Below are positions 7,326 to 15,256 of a DNA stretch of 27,483 nucleotides, in pieces. Positions within the stretch are counted from its first letter, which is position 1. Each line of letters begins with the position of its first letter. Location of the stretch: positions 1 through 27,483 of the IMG/VR virus record IMGVR_UViG_3300032335_001108; one strand, given 5' to 3'. Under the pieces are notes generated by a model. It was not told where the DNA came from and did not search any database. It saw only the letters and a program-made list of their open reading frames with translations. Source of the stretch: a virus. Taxonomy: Duplodnaviria; Caudoviricetes. Position numbers and translations under genes: made by a program.

Positions 7326-10184
7326 ATGGCCAGTACGTACAGCAACCTCAAAATCCAGTTGATGGCGACTGGCGAGAACCTCTCGACTTGGGGGGCTACG
7401 ACCAACGTAAACCTCGGCACAGCTTTGGAAGAAGCCATTACCGGGACGGCAGACGTGACGTTTGCCAGTGGGAACGTTACCCTTACGTTGACCAACGTAA
7501 ACACCAGCCAGACGGCTCGGCATCTGCGCCTGAACCTGACGGGTACGACGGGGGGCGCTAGGGACTTGATTGTCCCGGCTATCGAGAAACTCTACCTCGT
7601 CAACAACGGCTGCGCCGACGCTATTACGGTCAAGAACGCCTCGGGCACCGGCATCGCCGTCCCGGCGGGCAAGACCATGTGGGTCTTCAACAACGGCACG
7701 AACGTCCTCGACGTCGTGACTCACCTTACGTCCCTTACCCTCGGCTCGGCGCTCGCGGTGGCCAGTGGCGGCACGGGGCAGACAACTTACACTAACGGCC
7801 AGCTGCTTATCGGTAACACGACGGGCAACACGCTCACTAAAGCCACGCTTACGGCGGGCTCGGGTATCACCGTTACGGGCGGTGCGGGTTCCATTACGAT
7901 TTCAGCTACGGGTTCCGGCGGCACCGTTACGAGTGTCAACGGCTCGGGCGGTTCTACAGGCCTCACTCTGACGGGCGGCCCCATTACGGGTTCGGGTACG
8001 CTTACGCTTGGGGGTACTCTGGCTGTTGCTAGCGGCGGCACGGGAGTTACGTCGTCTACCGGCTCCGGCAATACCGTCCTCTCCACCTCTCCGGTGCTCA
8101 CTACCCCCAACATCGGCGTGCCCAGCTTCGCTACGCTGACTAACGCCACCGGCCTCCCACTTAGCACGGGCGTCACCGGCACCCTCCCTGTTGCTAGCGG
8201 CGGCACAGGCGTGACGTCCTCGACGGGCTCCGGCAATAACGTCCTCTCCACCTCCCCAGTGCTTACCACCCCCAACATCGGCGTGCCCAGCTTTGCTACG
8301 CTGACCAACGCCACCGGCCTCCCGCTCAGTACGGGCGTCACCGGCACTCTTCCGGTTAACCGGGGTGGCACAGGCCAAACGACCTACACTGACGGGGAAA
8401 TCCTGATCGGTAACACGACAGGCAACACGCTCACTAAGGCCACCATTACGGCGGGCTCGGGCGTTGCTGTCACGAGCGGTGCAGGTTCTATCACTATCTC
8501 GGCCACGGGTTCGGGCGGCTCGGTTACGAGTGTCAACGCCTCGGGTGGCTCTACGGGTCTTACCTTCTCGGGTGGCCCTGTCACGACTATCGGCACGCTC
8601 ACTATGGCGGGCACTCTGGCTGTCGCCAACGGCGGCACGGGGCAGACGACCTACACCAACGGCCAACTACTTATCGGTAACACGACGGGTAACACCCTTA
8701 CCAAGGCTACGCTTACGGCGGGCACCGGGGTTACCATCACCAACGGCACCGGCACGATTACGATCTCTTCGACGAGCACGGGCGGCACCGTTACGAGTAT
8801 TGATGTTTCCGGGGGTACTACGGGGCTTACGACCTCGGGTGGCCCGGTTACGGGTTCAGGCACCATTACCCTTGCGGGTACTCTGGCTGTGGCCAACGGC
8901 GGCACGGGAGTTACGACGTCTACAGGCACGGGTAACACGGTGCGCTCCACCTCCCCAGTGCTTACCACCCCCAACATCGGCGTGCCTTCGTTCGCTACGC
9001 TGACTAACGCCACTGGCCTGCCTATCTCCACGGGCGTCTCCGGTCTGGGGACCAACGTCGCTACCTTCCTCGCTACCCCCACCACGGATAACCTTCGGGT
9101 TACACTCACGTCGACCACGGGTACAGGCGCGGCGGTCTTCGCCGCTTCACCGGCACTCACTACCCCCAACATCGGCGTGCCCAGCTTCGCTACGCTGACG
9201 AACGCCACTGGCCTTCCTCTGACTACCGGTGTCACCGGCACGCTCCCGGTCGCTAACGGCGGTACTGGGGTTACGGCGTCTACTGGCACCGGCAACACCG
9301 TCCTCTCTACCTCTCCAGTGCTGACTACGCCCAACATCGGCACGCCTAGCTTCGCCACGCTGACTAACGCTACTGGCCTGCCCATCACCACTGGTGTTTC
9401 CGGCCTCGGCGCTAACGTCGCTGCGTTCCTTGCGACCCCCACTTCCGCCAACCTCGCGGACGCAATCGCCAACGAGACGGGCTCCGGCCTTCTGGTCTTC
9501 GCCACTTCCCCCACGCTGGTCACACCCCTGCTAGGCACGCCGACTTCCGGTACGCTGACTAACTGCACGGACTTGCCGATCTCCTCGGGTGTCTCCGGCC
9601 TCGGTGCCAACGTCGCTACCTTCCTTGCGACTCCGTCTTCGGCTAACCTCGCCGCTGCGCTCACGGACGAAACCGGCACTGGGGCAGCCGTCTTCGCTAC
9701 CTCCCCCGTGCTTACCACCCCCAACATAGGCGTCCCGAGCTTCGCTACGCTGACGAACGCCACTGGCCTCCCCCTCACTACCGGTGTGACGGGTACACTT
9801 CCTCTTGCCAACGGCGGCACGGGCGGCGCGACCAAAGCCGGTGCTCTGTTTGGTCTGGGTATCGCGGCAGTGGCGGTGGCTGCAGGTCGGGCGTCAGCTG
9901 GTAGCTGCACCCTGTACGATAATGCAAACATCTCGGCAGTCAGCCGCACCTCCACGGGGGGTATTTACACGGTAGCGTTTACGACCGCGCTGAGTAACTC
10001 AAGTTACGCGATTATTATTACGTGCGGCAACAACACTACGCAAAACAACTACAACGCAGTCGCGTCCTACTACGACAAGGCCACTACTGGTTTTTCAATT
10101 CGCTTTCAGGCTTCCAACGCTAACGCAAACACGGGGGCGGTTGATCCTGATCAGTTCTCTATTCAAGTCATCTCGCTCGGGTAG
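7326..10184 (+). CDS. Long modular tail fibre
   Basis: 952 aa, T/G/S-rich; N-terminal MASTYS..GEN..TWG..TN anchor, eight LxVxxGGTG-type motifs and a small C-terminal beta domain. Confidence 0.85.
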   Translation: MASTYSNLKIQLMATGENLSTWGATTNVNLGTALEEAITGTADVTFASGNVTLTLTNVNTSQTARHLRLNLTGTTGGARDLIVPAIEKLYLVNNGCADAITVKNASGTGIAVPAGKTMWVFNNGTNVLDVVTHLTSLTLGSALAVASGGTGQTTYTNGQLLIGNTTGNTLTKATLTAGSGITVTGGAGSITISATGSGGTVTSVNGSGGSTGLTLTGGPITGSGTLTLGGTLAVASGGTGVTSSTGSGNTVLSTSPVLTTPNIGVPSFATLTNATGLPLSTGVTGTLPVASGGTGVTSSTGSGNNVLSTSPVLTTPNIGVPSFATLTNATGLPLSTGVTGTLPVNRGGTGQTTYTDGEILIGNTTGNTLTKATITAGSGVAVTSGAGSITISATGSGGSVTSVNASGGSTGLTFSGGPVTTIGTLTMAGTLAVANGGTGQTTYTNGQLLIGNTTGNTLTKATLTAGTGVTITNGTGTITISSTSTGGTVTSIDVSGGTTGLTTSGGPVTGSGTITLAGTLAVANGGTGVTTSTGTGNTVRSTSPVLTTPNIGVPSFATLTNATGLPISTGVSGLGTNVATFLATPTTDNLRVTLTSTTGTGAAVFAASPALTTPNIGVPSFATLTNATGLPLTTGVTGTLPVANGGTGVTASTGTGNTVLSTSPVLTTPNIGTPSFATLTNATGLPITTGVSGLGANVAAFLATPTSANLADAIANETGSGLLVFATSPTLVTPLLGTPTSGTLTNCTDLPISSGVSGLGANVATFLATPSSANLAAALTDETGTGAAVFATSPVLTTPNIGVPSFATLTNATGLPLTTGVTGTLPLANGGTGGATKAGALFGLGIAAVAVAAGRASAGSCTLYDNANISAVSRTSTGGIYTVAFTTALSNSSYAIIITCGNNTTQNNYNAVASYYDKATTGFSIRFQASNANANTGAVDPDQFSIQVISLG
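7752..9824 (+). repeat. Intragenic module array A-B-B-A-A-B-C-B-C-C
   Basis: A = QTTYTNGQLLIGNTTGNTLTKATL.. (3x); B = VTSSTGSGNTVLSTSPVLTTPNIGVPSFATLTNATGLP (4x); C = VSGLGxNVAxFLATP.. (3x). Confidence 0.9.
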
Positions 10185-10192
10185 GGGCCTGC

Positions 10193-12106
10193 ATGTCGTT
10201 CCTGAAGCTCCAGTTCCGCCCCGGAGTTAACCGGGACCAAACCAACTACTCTAGCGAGGGTGGGTGGTACGAGTGCGACAAGATCAGGTTTCGCTCTGGC
10301 TACCCGGAAAAGATCGGCGGCTGGGTCAAGTCCACGCCTACGGCGTTTTTCGGTGTGTGCCGCCAGCTGTGGAACTGGGTTACGTCTTACTCAGATAACT
10401 TCCTGTCGCTCGGCACCAACAACAAGGTCTACATCGAGTCTGGCGGTGTTTTTAACGACATTACGCCGCTGCGGGCGACTACCCCCACACTCACTAGCCC
10501 GAACACCAACAACTGCGTGGCTACGACCAACGGCTCGAACGTGGTCACCATCAACCTCGGCACGACACACGATGCAGAGACGGGGTCTTTCGTTACGATT
10601 TCCGGGGTTACCGGCACTGTAGGTGGCGTACCCGATACCGAGATTAACGCTAACCACCAGATCACGGTTATCGACACCGACTCGTTCTCGTTCTCGGTGA
10701 GCACGGCGGCGTCTTCGACGGTTGCTGCGGGCGGCGGCACCTCCATCACCATCAGCTTTGAAATCGCTCCCGGCTACGCTACCACGACGGCGGGCTACGG
10801 CTGGGGTGCGGGCACTTGGGGGCGCGGCTACTGGGGTCTTGGCTCTACCACCCCGGTGCTTTTCCCGCAGCGCGATTGGTGGTTCGACAACTTCGACAAC
10901 GACCTAGTCATGAACATCCGCAACGGGGCTGGCTACTGGTGGGTTCGGGGCACTACAGTTGACCCCGGCTCTGCGCTCGCGACGCGGGCTATAGCGCTAT
11001 CTACCTACGCCAGTAACGAGGGCTTCACCGCCAACTCGGTCCCCGTGAAGATCATGCAGCTTCTGGTGTCCCAGAACGACAAGCACTTGATCGCTTTCGG
11101 CGCGGTGCCGTTCGGTAGCACTTCAGAGGCGGACTTCGATCCGTTGCTTATCCGTTGGGCAGACCAAGACACTCCGGGGGATTGGACCCCGTCCACTACC
11201 AACACTGCAGGCGACCTGCGCGTCTCCCGGGGCTCCAGCATCATTCGGGCTATGCCTACCCGGCAGGAAATCCTCGTCTGGACAGATACACACCTTTACT
11301 CGCTCCAGTTCCTCGGGACGTCAGACGTCTTCGGTCTGCAGGAGTACGCAGACAACGTCTCTATCATTTCGTCTAGGGCGTGCGCTACGGCGGCCAACGT
11401 CACCTACTGGATGGGGCAAGACAAGTTTTACGCCTACACCGGTCGGGTGGAGACCCTCCCCTGCACCCTGCGCAACCACGTCTTCAAGAACATCAACACC
11501 GAGCAAACCGACCAAATCGTCTGCGGTACGAACGAAGGTTGGAACGAAATCTGGTGGTTCTACCCGAGTGCGCAGTCTAGCTGGAACGACAGTTACGTCG
11601 TGTTTAACCACCTCGAAAAAATCTGGTACTACGGCACCATCGAGCGTACGGCGTGGCTAGACACTCCCCTGCGCGCCTACCCACAAGCCTGTAACAGCGA
11701 CTCGACCGCAGCCTCAGGGTACCTCTACAGCCACGAAGCGGGGCTGGACGACGACGAAATCGCCATGGAAGCCTATATCCAGTCGAACGACTTCGACCTC
11801 GGTGACGGCGACAAGTTCATGCTTACCCGCCGGGTTATTCCGGACGTGGGTTTTTCTGGTTCCACGGCCACCACGCCAGAAGTCACAATGCAGCTGCGCC
11901 CGCGTAACTTCCCCGGCAGCGCGTACAGAGGCGACGCTCAGGACACCCGGAACATCATTGAGTCTTCGGTGGACGTCTACACTGAGCAGGTCTTTATCCG
12001 CGCCCGCGCCCGGCAGATGGCGTTCAAGATCGCTTCTTCTGCGCTCGGAGTGAACTGGCAGGTTGGGTCTCCAAGACTGGACATGCGGGAAGACGGACTC
12101 AAGTAG
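10193..12106 (+). CDS. Tail hub/nozzle protein (P22 gp10 / tail tubular B-like)
   Basis: 637 aa, Trp/aromatic-rich beta-propeller-like sequence (KIGGW, LIRWADQD, YWMGQDKFYAYTG, EIWWFYPS, RTAWLD), ending RARARQ..DG; located before needle and ejection genes. Confidence 0.75.
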   Translation: MSFLKLQFRPGVNRDQTNYSSEGGWYECDKIRFRSGYPEKIGGWVKSTPTAFFGVCRQLWNWVTSYSDNFLSLGTNNKVYIESGGVFNDITPLRATTPTLTSPNTNNCVATTNGSNVVTINLGTTHDAETGSFVTISGVTGTVGGVPDTEINANHQITVIDTDSFSFSVSTAASSTVAAGGGTSITISFEIAPGYATTTAGYGWGAGTWGRGYWGLGSTTPVLFPQRDWWFDNFDNDLVMNIRNGAGYWWVRGTTVDPGSALATRAIALSTYASNEGFTANSVPVKIMQLLVSQNDKHLIAFGAVPFGSTSEADFDPLLIRWADQDTPGDWTPSTTNTAGDLRVSRGSSIIRAMPTRQEILVWTDTHLYSLQFLGTSDVFGLQEYADNVSIISSRACATAANVTYWMGQDKFYAYTGRVETLPCTLRNHVFKNINTEQTDQIVCGTNEGWNEIWWFYPSAQSSWNDSYVVFNHLEKIWYYGTIERTAWLDTPLRAYPQACNSDSTAASGYLYSHEAGLDDDEIAMEAYIQSNDFDLGDGDKFMLTRRVIPDVGFSGSTATTPEVTMQLRPRNFPGSAYRGDAQDTRNIIESSVDVYTEQVFIRARARQMAFKIASSALGVNWQVGSPRLDMREDGLK

Positions 12107-12790
12107 ATGGCTCTTGAACGCTTCCGCGCACCGCCGCTGCCCAACCCCCCGCAGGACTACGACCCCACCTACGTTCGGCAGCTGATACGGGTGCTGGAGC
12201 TCTACTTCACGCAGCTCGACTCTTTTACCCCTAACCAAGCGCAGTCCTACCGGGCGGACAACTTCTACGGCGGCGCGTTCTTCGGCGACGGCAAGGGGCT
12301 CGATACGCCCTTTAACGAGCTGCTGAGCAACGCAAGCCAAACAGCCGCTGCGATTGATATCGCCTACCCCCTCACGTTGGATACGGCTGAGTTCCCCGGC
12401 GATATTTCCATCGTGAGCAGCTCTAGGATTACGTTTGCGTCAGCTGGGGCCTACGTCCTGTCTTTCAGCATACAGCTGGAGAGCACGTCGTCTTCGACCG
12501 AGCATGCGGACATATGGCTGCGGAAAAACGGGACCGACATCCCGGCGTCCAACAGCCGGTTCGGTATCCCTGCACGGAAGAGCGCGGGCATCCCTGCGGC
12601 CATGATTGCGACGACCCCGTTGACAATCACTGTGGCGGCCAACGACTACGTGCAAATCATGTGGTGTGTGTCCAACACGGCGGTGTCTATTAAGTACTAC
12701 CCCGCTGTTGCGTATTCTGCGGGCGTCACCCCCGCTATCCCGGCCACCCCCTCTGCTATTGTCGGGGTGGGTTTTGCTTCTTCTACGTAA
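12107..12790 (+). CDS. Tail needle/spike-like protein with C-terminal C1q/TNF-like beta domain
   Basis: N-terminal LPNPPQDYD plus a helix, then RITFASAGAYVLSFSIQL..IWLRKNGTDI..ANDYVQIMW; immediately follows the hub gene, like P22 gp26. Confidence 0.6.
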   Translation: MALERFRAPPLPNPPQDYDPTYVRQLIRVLELYFTQLDSFTPNQAQSYRADNFYGGAFFGDGKGLDTPFNELLSNASQTAAAIDIAYPLTLDTAEFPGDISIVSSSRITFASAGAYVLSFSIQLESTSSSTEHADIWLRKNGTDIPASNSRFGIPARKSAGIPAAMIATTPLTITVAANDYVQIMWCVSNTAVSIKYYPAVAYSAGVTPAIPATPSAIVGVGFASST

Positions 12791-12878
12791 TCTGATACTG
12801 TTTACGTAGCCCGCCACCTGTCGCTGGCCGTTGTGTGGCCAGACTTGCAACTGTCGTATCGCCGTAAAGGTCACCGCC

Positions 12879-14780
12879 ATGTTCAACGCCCCTTCGCCAT
12901 CCTTTACGAGCCCCCAAACGCTTCCGACGCGCCCCAGCGCCGCCGCGCCGCAGCCGTCCCCCTACCCCGCGCCCACCCCGCCCGCGCAGTTTACCGCTCC
13001 GCCCCCGCAACCTCTGCAGGGGGGTTTCTTTGGTGGTATGAACCAGCGCCCGGCCCCGGGCGTCAGCCCGCGTCTTCCGGGTATGATGTCTACACCTGCC
13101 AGTACAGCCCAGAGCATGCAGGGTTATGGCCGTGGTAACGACACCATGCTTATGCACGTCACCCCCGGTGAAGTGCAGGGACTCCAAGCACTGGCGCAGC
13201 GGCACGGCGGCTCGCTGACCACTAACCCCCATACGGGTCTGCCGGAGGCTGGGTTCCTCGAAGATATTCTCCCGACACTCGCGGGCGGCTTGCTTACGCT
13301 GATCCCCGGCGTGGGCCCCCTTCTGGCGGCGGGTATTGTGGGCGGCGGTACCGGACTGGCTACGGGCAGCCTTGAGAAAGGGCTTATGGCGGGTCTCGGC
13401 GCGTTCGGCGGTGCGTCACTTGGTAGCGCGCTTGGTGGTCTGGGTGCGGGGGCGGGTGCTACCAGCGCCGCTAACACTGTGCTTCCTACTACTCTCCCCG
13501 AACTCGCGACCACAGGTATTACCGCTGCCCCCGCCCCCGCCAATGTGGCGGCGCTACTGCCCGGTGCCCCTACTTCGCTTATCGCCCCCACTGCGGCATC
13601 CCCCGCCGCATCCGCAGCCACGCAGGCAATCATCCCCGCCCCTATTGCTCCCGGTGCTACGGGGCTCGGTACAGGTCCGTCCATATCGCAGCTTGCGGCG
13701 CAGAAGCTCGGCGCGGATATCCCCACCGCAGCCGCTGTAGAGCCCGGACTACTCGAAAACGTGTTCGGAAGGACAGGTGCGCGAACCGTGAAAGACTTCG
13801 GGGGGAACTTCGCGCAAGCTGCGTCTGGTGGGGACAAAATCAGCCCGATGCGCACAGGTCTCGCTGCGCTTGGCGCTTCTGCTCCCATTCTGCAGGCCAT
13901 GCAGCCGACCTACGAGCCCTACAAGAAAGAAGATGACTACAACTACGAGGGTCCGTACACCCCGACCCCGCGCACGCCGCGCTTCCGGGGCCCCAACGCC
14001 AACCTCGGGGATAGCTCGGAGTTCAGCTACTTCGACAACGTCAACCCCTACCCGGGTTTCCAGCCCGCCCCCAAGGTCTTCGCTGAAGGTGGTGAAGTAG
14101 CCCGAACAGAAGACCGTGCACTCCGCATGCCTGCTGCGGGATATCAGGCCGGTATGGGCGCGGAACACAACTACAACTTCCGACCGGTGACCCCCGCTGC
14201 GAGCATGACGGGGATGCCTGCCACCACAAAACCCAAAACCCAAGACATCATGGGGCTATTCAGGGTCACGCTCCCTAAGGACAAGAAAAACTCCGACGAC
14301 GCGCCCAACATGCGCAAGTACCGCTACGACCCGCGAACGCAGAGCGTCATGGATGACGGCAACTACGGCGGTGCCATGGGCGAGCCCGGTGGACTGGAGG
14401 GCTTGAATATCGGGCGCTTCGCCGCAGGCGGTAACGTGAACCTGCGCGACGGCTCCTTCGTTGTGGATGCACGCACGGTGTCTGAGCTGGGTAATGGTAG
14501 CAGCGGCGCGGGGCAGGAGCTTCTTGCTCGCCATGGAGGTCAGCCGATCCGGGGTCCGGGGGATGGCGTCAGCGACTCTATTCCGGCTAGTATCGGCGGA
14601 CGCCAACGCGCGAAGGTCGCCCGTGACGAGGTTAAGTTCGACCCGGAAGCGGTGCAGCGGCTCGGTGGCGGCGATCTGCAGCGTGGGGCCAAGAAGCTCT
14701 ACGCGCTCATGGAAAAAGCCCAGAAGGCCCGTAAGGCAGCGGGTCGGGGGCAAGACACGAAGCTGAGGAAGAAGCTGTGA
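12879..14780 (+). CDS. Putative ejection (pilot) protein 1
   Basis: Likely start is ATG 12879 (AAGG SD upstream) rather than 12831. Pro-rich N-terminus, GRGNDTMLMHVTPGE..NPHTGLPE motif, Gly/Ala hydrophobic segment and C-terminal GPGDGVSDSIPA domain. Confidence 0.7.
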   Translation: MFNAPSPSFTSPQTLPTRPSAAAPQPSPYPAPTPPAQFTAPPPQPLQGGFFGGMNQRPAPGVSPRLPGMMSTPASTAQSMQGYGRGNDTMLMHVTPGEVQGLQALAQRHGGSLTTNPHTGLPEAGFLEDILPTLAGGLLTLIPGVGPLLAAGIVGGGTGLATGSLEKGLMAGLGAFGGASLGSALGGLGAGAGATSAANTVLPTTLPELATTGITAAPAPANVAALLPGAPTSLIAPTAASPAASAATQAIIPAPIAPGATGLGTGPSISQLAAQKLGADIPTAAAVEPGLLENVFGRTGARTVKDFGGNFAQAASGGDKISPMRTGLAALGASAPILQAMQPTYEPYKKEDDYNYEGPYTPTPRTPRFRGPNANLGDSSEFSYFDNVNPYPGFQPAPKVFAEGGEVARTEDRALRMPAAGYQAGMGAEHNYNFRPVTPAASMTGMPATTKPKTQDIMGLFRVTLPKDKKNSDDAPNMRKYRYDPRTQSVMDDGNYGGAMGEPGGLEGLNIGRFAAGGNVNLRDGSFVVDARTVSELGNGSSGAGQELLARHGGQPIRGPGDGVSDSIPASIGGRQRAKVARDEVKFDPEAVQRLGGGDLQRGAKKLYALMEKAQKARKAAGRGQDTKLRKKL

Positions 14781-15256
14781 GAGAAATGCTAGAGTTCGAT
14801 ACTCCTGAATGGCAAGCACTTCGCAACGAGAAGCTCCAAGAGTGGATACAAGACCCTTACGCCATCCGGTTTATCGTAGACTTCGCTGACACCTGCGAAC
14901 TGTTCGACGACATGATCGACCGGGATAAACCCCTCGAAGACGACCACATCGTGCGGGTGCTGTTCAAAGTCCTTACCGAAATCCCGCTGAACCCTTTTTT
15001 CGACCGCTTCAAGAGCCAGCTGATCCCCATCATAGTCACCGGGATTAACGCTTGGCTGGACTCCACCGCGTTGGAAAACGGGTCTGACAACGATAAGGTT
15101 TTCGCTTACGTGCTCCGAGACTGGTACATGGAGTTTGTGGCGTACGTCGTGTATCTTACCCGGGGCAGAGACTACATGCGGGACACGAGCATGGAAATCC
15201 GCCAGTTCTTTACTCACCACGAAACGCTCGAAGAGTATAAGGAAAAAATGGCATGA
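14777..15256 (+). CDS. Small helical DDxxD-motif protein (isoprenoid synthase/prenyltransferase-like, putative)
   Basis: 159 aa, acidic and apparently all-alpha, with FDDMIDRD at the end of an amphipathic helix; overlaps both neighbours by 4 nt. The ORF is secure; the function is inferred. Confidence 0.55.
   Translation: MREMLEFDTPEWQALRNEKLQEWIQDPYAIRFIVDFADTCELFDDMIDRDKPLEDDHIVRVLFKVLTEIPLNPFFDRFKSQLIPIIVTGINAWLDSTALENGSDNDKVFAYVLRDWYMEFVAYVVYLTRGRDYMRDTSMEIRQFFTHHETLEEYKEKMA

Noticed and set aside
7787-9955. Long antisense ORFs over the tail fibre
   Set aside because: Mirror the sense repeats; high GC and Thr/Gly codon bias suppress stops.
12831-12878. GTG start giving a Cys-rich N-terminal extension
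   Set aside because: No SD and it overlaps a hairpin; ATG 12879 has AAGG at suitable spacing.
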